Source: Thermoleophilaceae bacterium (lineage in GTDB: Bacteria > Actinomycetota > Thermoleophilia > Solirubrobacterales > Thermoleophilaceae). Taken from it: a DNA stretch of 64,000 nt. Location of the stretch: NCBI GenBank assembly GCA_036269895.1, contig DATBDN010000004.1:4759-68758 (forward strand). Reading direction: 5' to 3'. Positions 7,261 to 16,111 of the stretch are shown here, piece after piece. Position numbers and translations under genes: made by a program. Below the pieces are notes generated by a model that was given only the letters and a program-made list of their open reading frames with translations, did no database searches and had not been told where the DNA came from. Numbering within the stretch: the first letter of the stretch is position 1; every line of letters starts with the position of its first letter.

Positions 7261-8028
7261 TTACAAGCTGCGCCAGTGCGTCGCGCTGTAGCCCGAGCCC
7301 GAGCGCATGTCGGTGTGCCAGTGCGGGCCGCGGCCGCCGCCACCCGACGTATCGAGCCGCAGGCCGGCGATCACTGCATAGGCGTGGCCGCCGTTGTAGT
7401 AGACGGTCATCCAGCTGCCCTTGCCGCCAACGCCCCAGCTGCCGAACTCGCCCGACGACAGCGCCCGGTTCAGCAGGCCGGCGCCATGCAGTGCGTAGGA
7501 GACGGTGCCCGAGCAGTCGTAGCCCGAGTCCTCCCACTGGCCGTGGCCGCCGCCGTACTTGTACGGCTTGCCGACGATCCGGTTGGCCGCGGCGATCGCG
7601 TCCTTCACCTCCTGCGGCGCGTCCGATGGCGCGACGGCGTGCAGGCCGTCGGACGACATCGTCGCGTGCGAGCCCGGACCGACCTCGGTGGTGGGCGGCT
7701 CGTCGGCCGTGTACGAGTAATGCGCCGCCATCGCGCGCCGCATCACCGCCGCGTCGGAGCGCGTCAGCACGCCGTTGACCGGCAGGTGCTGGGCCTGCTC
7801 GAAGCGACGGACGTTCCAGCGCGTGTTGCGCCCGAAGTTGCCGTCGACGCTCGTGTTGAAGCCCATGTGGTTGAGCCACGACTGCAAGACCTTTACGTCG
7901 TGGCCGGTTGAGCCCGTCGACAGCGTGTGATCGCCGAACTGCGCGAACGCCGTCGCGGGCATGACTACAAGCGCCGCCACCGCGACGGCTGTTGCAATGC
8001 GAGCACCTGCCCGCAACCCCAGTTTCAT
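7261..8028 (-). CDS. Secreted peptidoglycan-binding / NlpC-P60 (C40) cell-wall hydrolase
   Basis: Signal peptide (..VVMPATAFA). PG_binding_1-like GHDVKVLQSWLNHMGF..VDGNFGRNT. C-terminal GKPYKYGGGHGQWEDSGYDCSGTVSYAL carries the catalytic Cys motif. Confidence 0.85.
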   Translation of the reverse strand: MKLGLRAGARIATAVAVAALVVMPATAFAQFGDHTLSTGSTGHDVKVLQSWLNHMGFNTSVDGNFGRNTRWNVRRFEQAQHLPVNGVLTRSDAAVMRRAMAAHYSYTADEPPTTEVGPGSHATMSSDGLHAVAPSDAPQEVKDAIAAANRIVGKPYKYGGGHGQWEDSGYDCSGTVSYALHGAGLLNRALSSGEFGSWGVGGKGSWMTVYYNGGHAYAVIAGLRLDTSGGGGRGPHWHTDMRSGSGYSATHWRSL

Positions 8029-8056
8029 GTTTGGACCGGCTCCTCTCTTCCAAGAG

Positions 8057-8188
8057 CGCCTCCGGGGTTAGCTGACGGGCTCGCACGGGAAAGAGTCGCG
8101 CTACGCCTTTTTCAAGGCGATTCGCCCCTACAACCAACATTTGGGTCCCCCGGTCGCGTCCCCGCTAGGGGCGGGTCGGCGATTAGGC
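8057..8188 (-). promoter_or_regulatory. ydaO/yuaA-class (c-di-AMP) riboswitch in the leader of the NlpC/P60 gene
   Basis: The minus-strand leader contains, in order: GCCUAAUCGCC, hairpin CCCGC-CCCUA-GCGGG, CGGGGGACCCAA, GGGGCGAAUC, hairpin GCCUU-GAAAA-AGGC, GCCCGUCAGCUAACCCCGGAGGCG. These match the conserved blocks of the ydaO motif as I recall the B. subtilis example. AGGAG and the ATG (8028) follow. Confidence 0.75.
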
Positions 8189-8303
8189 AAAGGTTCCGTT
8201 TTCATGCCGAACACCCACAGGCATGCGGTTGTTGCGGCGCGGAAAAGGTAGCGCAGATCGCAACGAGAGGCTCAGCCGCCGGGGGCGAGGCTACGATCGC
8301 CGC

Positions 8304-9152
8304 GTGCCGAGGACTCTGCTGGCTCTCCTCGCGGGCGCCTTTGCGCTGGGGCTGATCGGCGTGGCGATGGCCTCCGGCCACGACGCCAGCCGCCCCGGCG
8401 GTGCGCCGCTCGCGATCAATCCTGCTGCCGTCGTGACCGACACGGTGTCCGTGCCGGCTGCACGCGGAACCGTGCTTGCGGAGATGACACGGCGGCTGGG
8501 CACGCCGCGGCGCGTCATTCTCGAGGCGCGCAAGCATGCTCGCCAGCTCGCGCGCCTGATGGCACAGGTACGCGCGCGCGAAGCCGCTGCACGCGCGGCG
8601 GCTGCCGCAGCCGCGGCGACGCGCCGAGCCGCTGCCCAGCGCGCGGCGCCACAACCGTCGTACTGGTTCGACTCGCAGGCGGCTGCCGTCGCGAACTCGA
8701 CCCCGGGCTCGCCGGCAGAGAACGCCTGGCTTCGGGGTGGCCGCGGCGGCTGGGTCGAGGGCAGCGGCTTCGCTCGTGCGCCGGTGAACGCGCCCGCCGC
8801 GATCAAGCGCGTGGTCCAGGCCGGTAACCAGATCGCTCGCTCGCCGTATCTCTGGGGCGGCGGCCACGGAGCGTGGCAGGACAAGGGCTACGACTGCTCG
8901 GGATCGGTCAGCTATGCACTTGCGGCGGGCGGAATGCTCGGCTACACGCAAACGTCGGGCCAACTCATGAACTGGGGCGTGCAGGGCCCTGGTCGCTTGC
9001 TCACGATCTACGCCAGCGCGACCCACGTCTTCATGTACGTCGCCGGCATGCGCTTCGACACGAGCGGCCGCGCCGGCGACCATGCCAGCCGCTGGCAGCT
9101 GGCCAACCGCTCTGCAGACGGCTTCGTCGCACGGCACTATCCCGGCTTGTGA
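8304..9152 (+). CDS. Secreted NlpC/P60-like hydrolase (paralog of the C-terminal domain of 7261..8028)
   Basis: ARSPYLWGGGHGAWQDKGYDCSGSVSYAL..THVFMYVAGMRFDTS. The start is moved to GTG 8304 (VPRTLLALLAGAFALGLIGVAMA signal peptide). ATG 8223 would add an Arg-rich extension. Confidence 0.8.
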   Translation: MPRTLLALLAGAFALGLIGVAMASGHDASRPGGAPLAINPAAVVTDTVSVPAARGTVLAEMTRRLGTPRRVILEARKHARQLARLMAQVRAREAAARAAAAAAAATRRAAAQRAAPQPSYWFDSQAAAVANSTPGSPAENAWLRGGRGGWVEGSGFARAPVNAPAAIKRVVQAGNQIARSPYLWGGGHGAWQDKGYDCSGSVSYALAAGGMLGYTQTSGQLMNWGVQGPGRLLTIYASATHVFMYVAGMRFDTSGRAGDHASRWQLANRSADGFVARHYPGL

Positions 9153-10000
9153 GCAAGGGCTACATACTCATCACGGGCACCTCGTCGGGAATCGGCGAGG
9201 CCTGCACCCACCATCTCGCCGGCCTCGGCTTCAACGTCTTCGCGGGCGTCCGCAAGCAGGAGGACGCCGAGCGCATCGCCGGGCCGCGCGTCGAGCCGGT
9301 GATAGTCGATGTGACCGACGATGCGTCGGTGTCCGCAGCCGCCGAGCACATCCGCGCAGGCGCGGGCAACACCGGCCTGGCGGGACTTGTCAACAACGCC
9401 GGCATCGCGGTCGCCGGGCCGCTCGAGTTCGTCGCGCTCGACGAGTTCCAGCGCCAGCTCGAGGTCAACGTGACCGGGGTGCTGCGCACAACGCAGGCGA
9501 TGATCCCGCTGCTGCGTCAAGCCCGCGGGCGGATCGCCAACATCAGCTCGATAGGGGGCCGGGTCGCGATCCCGCTGGTGGGCCCCTACAACGCGTCGAA
9601 GTTCGCGCTCGAGGGGATGAGCGACGCGCTGCGGCGTGAATTGCGGCCGTGGGGCATCCGCGTAGCGCTGATCGAGCCGGGTGCCGTCGCCACGCCCATC
9701 TGGGACAAGGGCGTCGACCAGGCAGAGACGCTCGAGCGCGAGGCACCGCCTGAGGTTCGCGAGCGCTACGGCGAGGTCATGGACGCGATTCGCAAGCAGT
9801 CCGAGAAGAACCGCACCGACGGCGTGCCGCCACAGGAGGTCGCCGAGGCGGTCGCGCACGCGCTGACCGCCGACAAGCCCAAGACGCGCTACCTGATCGG
9901 TCGCGACGCGAAGATGCGCGGACCGGTGGCGAAGATGCTGCCCGACCGCTTGATGGATGCGGCGATTGCGCGCGCGCTTGGGCAACGCAAGGCAGGCTGA
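9149..10000 (+). CDS. Short-chain dehydrogenase/reductase (SDR)
   Basis: TGTSSGIG NAD(P)-binding motif, NNAG, YNASK catalytic motif. The GTG start overlaps the upstream stop (GTGA). Confidence 0.9.
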   Translation: MSKGYILITGTSSGIGEACTHHLAGLGFNVFAGVRKQEDAERIAGPRVEPVIVDVTDDASVSAAAEHIRAGAGNTGLAGLVNNAGIAVAGPLEFVALDEFQRQLEVNVTGVLRTTQAMIPLLRQARGRIANISSIGGRVAIPLVGPYNASKFALEGMSDALRRELRPWGIRVALIEPGAVATPIWDKGVDQAETLEREAPPEVRERYGEVMDAIRKQSEKNRTDGVPPQEVAEAVAHALTADKPKTRYLIGRDAKMRGPVAKMLPDRLMDAAIARALGQRKAG

Positions 10001-10032
10001 TCGACATCGACGCGCAGGAGATCCGCGAGCTC

Positions 10033-10410
10033 GTGGAGCGATGGTTCACCGCGCTTGACGAGCGGCGCGCGGACGTCCTGGTCGGGATGTGCAACTCCGA
10101 CGTTGCCATCCGCCCGTTCCTGGCGCGCCAGACCGTCGACGCCGTCGGCTACTACGGACACGACGGGATCCGCCAGTGGGTCGACAGCCTGGACGCCGAC
10201 ACGCGGATCGAGCTCGAGCTGATCTCGATCGAGGTCACCACCGAGCAGTCGGCCGTCGTCGAAGCCGAGGTGTGGTTCGCGCGCGAAGCGACGCGTACGG
10301 GTGGGCTGACGTTCTCGCTGTGGCGGTTCGACGCCGGCAAGGTCTCCGAAGCGATCGGCTACGGCAGCAAGGAAGAGGCGCTCGACGCCGAAGCCGGCGG
10401 CTGGCACTAG
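10033..10410 (+). CDS. SnoaL/NTF2-like small protein
   Basis: 125 aa: ERWFTALDERRADVLVGMC..DVAIRP.. has the cone-like alpha+beta pattern typical of SnoaL-like domains. The match is weak. Confidence 0.55.
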   Translation: MERWFTALDERRADVLVGMCNSDVAIRPFLARQTVDAVGYYGHDGIRQWVDSLDADTRIELELISIEVTTEQSAVVEAEVWFAREATRTGGLTFSLWRFDAGKVSEAIGYGSKEEALDAEAGGWH

Positions 10411-10416
10411 CGCGCC

Positions 10417-10656
10417 TTGCCTGCCTACATGGGGACGCTGGATCCGGGAATAAAGCAGCACATGCAGCGCTATATCCAGTCCCTGGGGCTTTCTGCGCGC
10501 TGGTGGTGGGGTGCCGTCGGCGGCTGCGTCCTCATCGCGCTCATCTTCCTGGCCGCCGGCTCGACAGCCGCGGCGCTCGTTTGCATCGTCTGCGCCATCG
10601 GGATTGCAGCACTCGCGCTCTACGCAGGGTCCTCTCGCTCGACCGAGCAGCCCTGA
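10417..10656 (+). CDS. Small membrane protein (2 predicted TM helices)
   Basis: 79 aa with WWWGAVGGCVLIALIFLAAG and ALVCIVCAIGIAALALYAG hydrophobic spans. Confidence 0.4.
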   Translation: MPAYMGTLDPGIKQHMQRYIQSLGLSARWWWGAVGGCVLIALIFLAAGSTAAALVCIVCAIGIAALALYAGSSRSTEQP

Positions 10657-10722
10657 CGGCCCGCGTCTCCGCGGCCCTCGGCGTGAAAGGAACCGGCCCA
10701 AGCCGGACACTTAGCCAAGGGA

Positions 10723-11241
10723 ATGGACGAGCAGGCCTTTGAACAGCTCTACAGCGAGCACGCCGGCGCCGTGCGGCGGTATGTCCGGCGTCGGCTCGCT
10801 GCGGACGACCTTGACGATGCCCTGGCCGAGATCTGGCTCACCGCCTGGCGGCGGCGCGACGATCTGCCTCCCAGTCCCCTGCCCTGGCTCTACGGGACCG
10901 CGCGCCGCGTCCTCGCCAATCAACGCCGCGGGCGCTCGCGGCTGCGCGCACTCATCGACCGAGTCGCCGCATCGCGGCCGGCCGGCGGCACCGCTCCCGC
11001 ACTCGCCGACGCCCCACTCGGTGAGGCTTTGGCACGACTGCCGGAACGGGATCGCGAGGCGCTGCTGCTGACGAGCTGGGAGGGGTTGAGCTCTCGCGAC
11101 GCGGCAGTGGCGATCGGCTGCTCGCCCGCCGCGTTCAACAGCCGGCTCCATCGCGCGCGGACGCGCCTCGCCGCGGAGCTGGCGGCTACCGACGTGCCAC
11201 CGGACCGAGCACCACTGATGACCGTGGAGGCCAAGCCATGA
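10723..11241 (+). CDS. ECF-type RNA polymerase sigma factor
   Basis: Region 2 (FEQLYSEHAGAVRRYVRRRL..DDALAEIWLTAWRR) and region 4 HTH (LPERDREALLLTSWEGLSSRDAAVAIGCSPAAFNSRLHRAR). Confidence 0.9.
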   Translation: MDEQAFEQLYSEHAGAVRRYVRRRLAADDLDDALAEIWLTAWRRRDDLPPSPLPWLYGTARRVLANQRRGRSRLRALIDRVAASRPAGGTAPALADAPLGEALARLPERDREALLLTSWEGLSSRDAAVAIGCSPAAFNSRLHRARTRLAAELAATDVPPDRAPLMTVEAKP

Positions 11242-12041
11242 CCGATGCGCTGATGACACGGCTGCGCGCCGCCGATCCGCTCACCGGTGACGACCCCGCG
11301 CGCGATGACGCGGTCTGGCAGGTCGTGGCCCGCGAGCTCCGGCACCGCCCTGCCGCTCCACCGCGGCGACGCTGGACCGTTGCCGCCGCGGCGGCGCTGA
11401 CCCTCGCGGTTCTGGTCGGTCTGTTCGCCCTCGGCTTCGCGCCGGGCGGGACCAGTGGGAACGGCGGCTCGACCCTTGACGCCGGCGCCAAGGCAAACGC
11501 GGCGCTCGGCGGCAGGCGATCCGTCTATCACTTCTTCTCCGTCTCGCGCCTGGCCGAGGACCCCCACGGCGAGAGCTTCACCGTCGCCTTCCGCTACCCG
11601 ATCGGGTTCGCGACCCGGATCGGCAAGCCGGCGTACGAGGAGTACTGGATCGCCGCCGACGGCAGCAGGGTTCGCGGCGCTCAGTACCGCGGGCCGCAGG
11701 GGCCTGCAAACGGCACGATCCACTCGTTCACCGTGCAGATCCCGATTCACGATCCCAGCTACATCCGAGGCGCCGGGGAGCTCGACCCCGTGCATGCCTT
11801 CCGCGCGGCCTACCGGGCGAAGCTCCTGCATTCGATCGGCGCGACCACCCTGGCCGGCGTCCCGGCGTGGCGGTTCACCGCCAAACACGGGAAGCACGGC
11901 CTGTGGCAGGAGTGGATCGTCGACCGCAGGCGCTGGCTGCCACTGCGGTACCGCTACGTGGACCACAACCGGCAGGGCAGGTACAAGGTCACGAACCGGC
12001 TTACGATTCGCTTCCTGCGGTTCGAGGTTCTGCGCGGCTGA
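11238..12041 (+). CDS. Putative anti-sigma factor / membrane protein (one TM, extracytoplasmic domain)
   Basis: ATGA overlap with the ECF sigma gene. One TM helix (WTVAAAAALTLAVLVGLFALGF) follows a short cytoplasmic N-terminus. Confidence 0.6.
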   Translation: MTDALMTRLRAADPLTGDDPARDDAVWQVVARELRHRPAAPPRRRWTVAAAAALTLAVLVGLFALGFAPGGTSGNGGSTLDAGAKANAALGGRRSVYHFFSVSRLAEDPHGESFTVAFRYPIGFATRIGKPAYEEYWIAADGSRVRGAQYRGPQGPANGTIHSFTVQIPIHDPSYIRGAGELDPVHAFRAAYRAKLLHSIGATTLAGVPAWRFTAKHGKHGLWQEWIVDRRRWLPLRYRYVDHNRQGRYKVTNRLTIRFLRFEVLRG

Positions 12042-12044
12042 CCG

Positions 12045-12320
12045 CTACTCGACCAGCGGAACGACCTGCTCGGATACAGCCTCGACGACCTCCTGCTCCT
12101 CTTCCTCGAGGCCAGGCTCGTCGCCTCCGCAGATGATCCGGAAAGAGCCGGTGCCCACGTTGGGATCCTGGCGGATCGGCAGACCGCGTATCTCCTCCCA
12201 GCCGAGGCGCTCGACTTCGAACGGATTCATCGCCACCGCGACAGCCGGAAACGGGCAGTTGCGGTTGTGAGTGTCAATCGCCTTGCTGATCGCTTCGAGG
12301 TTCTTGGCTTCCGAGCTCAT
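12045..12320 (-). CDS. Hypothetical 91-aa protein with acidic C-terminus
   Basis: Track ORF with good coding composition. No family recognised. Confidence 0.45.
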   Translation of the reverse strand: MSSEAKNLEAISKAIDTHNRNCPFPAVAVAMNPFEVERLGWEEIRGLPIRQDPNVGTGSFRIICGGDEPGLEEEEQEVVEAVSEQVVPLVE

Positions 12321-12334
12321 CGCGTTCCCTCTCC

Positions 12335-13279
12335 CTACGCCGGCCGCGCCAGCTCCTTCATAGCGTGCTCGATCGTCTTCGACAAACCCTGGCGCAGCTC
12401 CACCTGCGGCTCCCAGCCCAGCAGGTCCTTCGCCCGCGAGATGTCCGGCTGACGCACCTTCGGGTCGTCGACCGGCAGCGCCTCGAAGACGATCTCAGAG
12501 CGCGACTCCGTCAACTCGATGACGGCCTTCGCCATCTCGAGCAGCGTCATCTCGTTCGGATTGCCGATGTTGACCGGCTCGTGCACGCCCGACTCCGTCA
12601 GCGCGATCAGCCCCCGCACGAGGTCATCGACGTAACAGAACGAGCGCGTCTGAGAGCCGTCGCCGAACACCGTGACCGGCTTCTCCGACAGGGCCTGGCG
12701 CAGGAAAGTCGGAATCGCTCGCCCGTCGTGAGGTCTCATTCGAGGGCCATAGGTATTGAAAATGCGCACGATCCCCGTGTCCACGCCCTGCTGCCGCAAG
12801 TACGCCATCGTCATCGCCTCGGCATACCGCTTCGCCTCGTCGTAGACGCCGCGCGGCCCGATCGGGTTCACGTTGCCCCAATAGGTCTCCTTCTGCGGAT
12901 GCACCTCGGGGTCGCCGTAGACCTCCGACGTCGACGCCAACAGGAAGCGCGCTCGCTTCGCCTTCGCCAGCCCGAGCGTGTTGTGGGTGCCGTAGGCGCC
13001 CACCTTCAGCGTGTGCAGCGGCAGCCGCGCGTAGTCGATCGGGCTCGCCGGCGACGCCATGTGGTAGACGAAGTCGAGCGGCTCGTCGATCTCGTAGTGC
13101 TCGGTGATGTCGGCCTGGACGAAGCGGAAGTTGTCTCCGTCCTTGATGTGGCTGATGTTGTTGAGGTTGCCCGTCTCGAGGTTGTCGACGCAGATGACGC
13201 GGTAGCCCTTCGCAATCAGGTTGTCGCACAGGTGCGAACCGAGAAAGCCGGAACCGCCGGTTACGAGACAGGTCGCCAT
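12335..13279 (-). CDS. UDP-glucuronate decarboxylase (UDP-xylose synthase) family NAD-dependent epimerase/dehydratase
   Basis: [14 protein letters not shown]..; [40 protein letters not shown] is the characteristic UXS signature, including YxxxK. Confidence 0.85.
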   Translation of the reverse strand: MATCLVTGGSGFLGSHLCDNLIAKGYRVICVDNLETGNLNNISHIKDGDNFRFVQADITEHYEIDEPLDFVYHMASPASPIDYARLPLHTLKVGAYGTHNTLGLAKAKRARFLLASTSEVYGDPEVHPQKETYWGNVNPIGPRGVYDEAKRYAEAMTMAYLRQQGVDTGIVRIFNTYGPRMRPHDGRAIPTFLRQALSEKPVTVFGDGSQTRSFCYVDDLVRGLIALTESGVHEPVNIGNPNEMTLLEMAKAVIELTESRSEIVFEALPVDDPKVRQPDISRAKDLLGWEPQVELRQGLSKTIEHAMKELARPA

Positions 13280-13320
13280 GGGATGCAGACTAGTACTGCC
13301 CCGGTCTTAGAGTCCGACAG

Positions 13321-13761
13321 GTGATTTGGTTGCTGCGCCACGGCGACGCCGACGACGGCGAGCCTGATTTCGAGCGCAAATTGACAGAGAAGGGCGAGCG
13401 TCAGTCGCGCGACGCAGGCGCAGCGCTCGCCGCGCTCGGCGTCGAGCCGGAGCTCTGCCTGACGAGTCCGCGCGTGCGGGCGCGTGACACGGCGCGGCTC
13501 GCGTGCGAAGCGCTCGGCGTCGAGGTGACGGAAGACGAGCGCCTGGCCGGCGGCCGCTTCGATCCGCTCGACGTGGCGGCCGGCCTCGACGAAGTGCTGC
13601 TCGTGGGCCACGAGCCCGACTTCTCGAACGCGATCGCCGAGCTCACGGGCGCCCGCGTGGACATGAAGAAGGGCGGCCTGGCCGGCGTCCAGGACGGCGA
13701 GCTGCGCGTGCTGCTGCGCCCGAAGGAGACGAAGCTCATCGCTACCGTGAACAGGAGATGA
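13321..13761 (+). CDS. Histidine phosphatase family protein (SixA-like)
   Basis: LLRHGDA catalytic RHG motif, short ~146-aa size, ..LLVGHEPD.. Confidence 0.75.
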   Translation: MIWLLRHGDADDGEPDFERKLTEKGERQSRDAGAALAALGVEPELCLTSPRVRARDTARLACEALGVEVTEDERLAGGRFDPLDVAAGLDEVLLVGHEPDFSNAIAELTGARVDMKKGGLAGVQDGELRVLLRPKETKLIATVNRR

Positions 13762-14228
13762 GTACTGAGCCGACCCAGATCACTGCCGAAGGGCTTGCCG
13801 AGCTCAAGGCAGAGTTAGAGCACCTCGAGACAACGCGCCGCAAGGAGATCTCCGAGCGGATCAAGATCGCGCGCGACTTCGGTGACCTCAAGGAGAACTC
13901 CGAGTACCACGACGCCAAGAACGAGCAGGCGTTCCTCGAGACCAAGATCCTGAAGCTGCGCGAGCGCCTTACGACCGCCGTGGTCGTCGTCGAGGACGAG
14001 GAAGGCGCGCACGCGCGCTTCGGCTCCCAGGTCAAGCTCCGCGACGAGGAGTCCGGCAAGGAGCTGACCTACCGGCTTGTAGGCGCAACCGAGGCCAGCC
14101 TGGCCGACGGCAAGCTGTCGGTCGAGTCGCCCGTCGCTCAGGCGATCGTCGGCAAGATGGCGGGCGAGAAGGTTGTCGTCCCGACGCCGCGCGGCGACCG
14201 CGGCTACACCCTCATAAGCGTCGACTGA
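13758..14228 (+). CDS. greA: Transcription elongation factor GreA
   Basis: ITAEGLAELKAELEHLE..RKEISERIKIARDFGDLKENSEYHDAKNEQAFLE..I..L. The ATG overlaps the upstream stop (ATGA). Confidence 0.95.
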   Translation: MSTEPTQITAEGLAELKAELEHLETTRRKEISERIKIARDFGDLKENSEYHDAKNEQAFLETKILKLRERLTTAVVVVEDEEGAHARFGSQVKLRDEESGKELTYRLVGATEASLADGKLSVESPVAQAIVGKMAGEKVVVPTPRGDRGYTLISVD

Positions 14229-14242
14229 GGGCGCCCTTCCGG

Positions 14243-14677
14243 GTGTACGTTCGGGTCATGCCCAAGGCCCGCGCTGCGCTCCTCGTCCTACTGATCGCGG
14301 CGCTCGCGCCGATGACCGTCGGCGCCGCGATCCCGCGACCCACTCCGGTCTCGCCGAAGAACGGCGCGCAGTTGACGGTTGACAAGACACCTACCTTCCA
14401 GGTGCGCTCCACGGGTGAGGGAACGGTTTGGGTCCACGTCTCGAAGTCGGCCAAGCGCTCCGGCGACGGCGTCATCGGCAACGACGCGGTCATCGTCCAG
14501 GCCCACAAGAAGGGCAAGTACTACGTCGTCAAGCCGAAGTTCTTCAACTACCCCGGGTTCTGGGCCAACCAGAAGAAGAAGTGGTACTGGCAGGCCTACC
14601 GGATCGCGTGCGGCGAGGAGCCGAAGTCGAGCGACTGCAAGGTCGAGGGCCCGGTGCGCAGGTTCAGGTTGCGCTAG
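14243..14677 (+). CDS. Secreted hypothetical protein
   Basis: Signal peptide MPKARAALLVLLIAALAPMTVGAA (the start may be ATG 14258). Lys-rich mature part with 2 Cys. Confidence 0.55.
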   Translation: MYVRVMPKARAALLVLLIAALAPMTVGAAIPRPTPVSPKNGAQLTVDKTPTFQVRSTGEGTVWVHVSKSAKRSGDGVIGNDAVIVQAHKKGKYYVVKPKFFNYPGFWANQKKKWYWQAYRIACGEEPKSSDCKVEGPVRRFRLR

Positions 14678-15491
14678 ACCCGGTCGCCACGAGCACCACG
14701 ATCACGATCAACGCCAGCGCGACGCGATAGGGCACGAACCAGCTGATCGGGTTGTGCGCGACGAAACGCAGCAGCCACGCGATCGTCGCGTACGCGACGA
14801 CGAACGAGACGACGGTGCCGACCAGTGTCGGCGCAAAGCCGACGCCCTGGCCCACGTCCTTCAGCTCGAACAGGCCGGCGGCGACGAGCGCCGGGATCGC
14901 CAGGAAGAATGACAGCCGCGTCGCGGCGACCCGGTCGAAGCCGCGCAGCAGGCCCGCGCTGATCGTCGCGCCCGAACGGGACACGCCCGGGATGAGCGCG
15001 AGACACTGGTAGAGGCCGATCACAATCGCATCGCGTGGCCTCAGCTGGGCCTCGCCGCGGTTCTGACGCGCCTGGCGCTCCGCGTAGACCATCACCGGCG
15101 ACCACAGGAGCAGGCCAGCGGCGACCACCCAGAGGTTGCGCAGGTGGTCCTCGATGAAGTGCCGCAGGAGGAAGCCGACGATGCCGATCGGGATCGAGCC
15201 GATCACGATCAGCCAGGCGAAGCGCCAGTTCGGGTCCCGCCGCCGTCGCTCCTCGTTGCGGAAGCCGCCGAAGACGGCGCTCAGCAGCTTGAGGATGTCG
15301 TCGCGGAAGTACAGGAGCACGGCGACGATCGCTCCAACCTGGATCACGGCGGTGAACGCCGTCAGCGACTTGTCATCCAGGTTCATGCCGAGCAGCTTCT
15401 CGGCGATCGTGAGATGCCCGGTCGACGAGATCGGCAGGAACTCCGTCAATCCCTCGACGACGCCGAGGATGATCGCGTCGAGGATGCTCAC
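14664..15491 (-). CDS. uppP: Undecaprenyl-diphosphate phosphatase
   Basis: ILGVVEGLTEFLPISSTGHL and PGVSRSGATI motifs of BacA/UppP. Multi-TM. Confidence 0.95.
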   Translation of the reverse strand: MSILDAIILGVVEGLTEFLPISSTGHLTIAEKLLGMNLDDKSLTAFTAVIQVGAIVAVLLYFRDDILKLLSAVFGGFRNEERRRRDPNWRFAWLIVIGSIPIGIVGFLLRHFIEDHLRNLWVVAAGLLLWSPVMVYAERQARQNRGEAQLRPRDAIVIGLYQCLALIPGVSRSGATISAGLLRGFDRVAATRLSFFLAIPALVAAGLFELKDVGQGVGFAPTLVGTVVSFVVAYATIAWLLRFVAHNPISWFVPYRVALALIVIVVLVATGSSAT

Positions 15492-15612
15492 GCTTCGGTC
15501 ACCACGAAGCGCGGCAGGCTAACCGCGAAAGATGAGAAATGGCGTGCTCGGGCTCCGGCCGACGTCCCGAATCGGTAGCGTTCACCGAAACCCGGGAGAG
15601 CACACCTGGCGG

Positions 15613-15639
15613 GGTTCACTTTCCCACCAGCCCGGGCAC
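15613..15639 (+). promoter_or_regulatory. Possible SigB/SigF-type promoter (GGTTC-N16-GGGCAC) upstream of the STAS gene
   Basis: GGTTC at 15613-15617, a 16-nt spacer, GGGCAC at 15634-15639. GGGAGGG ribosome-binding site lies before GTG 15680. It resembles the actinobacterial GGTTT-N15-17-GGGTAT consensus only partly. Confidence 0.25.
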
Positions 15640-15679
15640 TAGTCAACCGACCAAGTCCGCCGCCAGGGAGGGCTGATTT

Positions 15680-16072
15680 GTGAGTTCCGCTTCCCATGAC
15701 GACCTAGCTCGCTCGACGTTCAACGTCAGCGACGAGGAGATCGATCAGACCACTCAGGTGGTCGACGTCTCCGGAGAGGTCGACCTCTACTCCGCGCCCG
15801 ATCTCAAGAAGCACGTGATCGGCGCGATCGAGGGCGGGAAGACCAACATCGTCGTAGACCTGTCGAAGGCCACGTTCATCGACTCGACCACGCTCGGCGT
15901 CCTCGTGGGCGCGCGAAAACGACTCCGCACCCACGGCGGCTCGCTCGCGGTCGTCTGCCCCGACCCCGACCAGCTCGGGCTGTTCGAGATGACCGGCCTC
16001 GATCGCGTGTTCTCGATCCACTCCGATCGCGCGTCGGCGCTGAGCGCCGTCCAGGCCGGGCACACGGACTGA
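15680..16072 (+). CDS. STAS-domain anti-sigma-factor antagonist
   Basis: VDVSGEVDLYSAPDLKKHV...IVVDLSKATFIDSTTLGVLVGA.KRLR..GG.L.VVC has the conserved phosphorylatable Ser context (DST). Confidence 0.85.
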   Translation: MSSASHDDLARSTFNVSDEEIDQTTQVVDVSGEVDLYSAPDLKKHVIGAIEGGKTNIVVDLSKATFIDSTTLGVLVGARKRLRTHGGSLAVVCPDPDQLGLFEMTGLDRVFSIHSDRASALSAVQAGHTD

Positions 16073-16111
16073 CACGACTACGCGCGGGCCCGGGGCGGGT
16101 AATACGGATGA

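Noticed and set aside
8223-8303. ATG 8223 as the start of the second NlpC/P60 gene. Likewise the longest-ORF starts at 21816, 20501, 26436, 29426, 36844, 41739, 43464, 48604, 56837, 57957, 59431 and 61115.
   Set aside because: The N-terminal extensions are Arg/Pro-rich, overlap upstream genes or regulatory sites, or lack signal peptides. Internal starts give canonical N-termini, ribosome-binding sites or 4-nt start/stop coupling.
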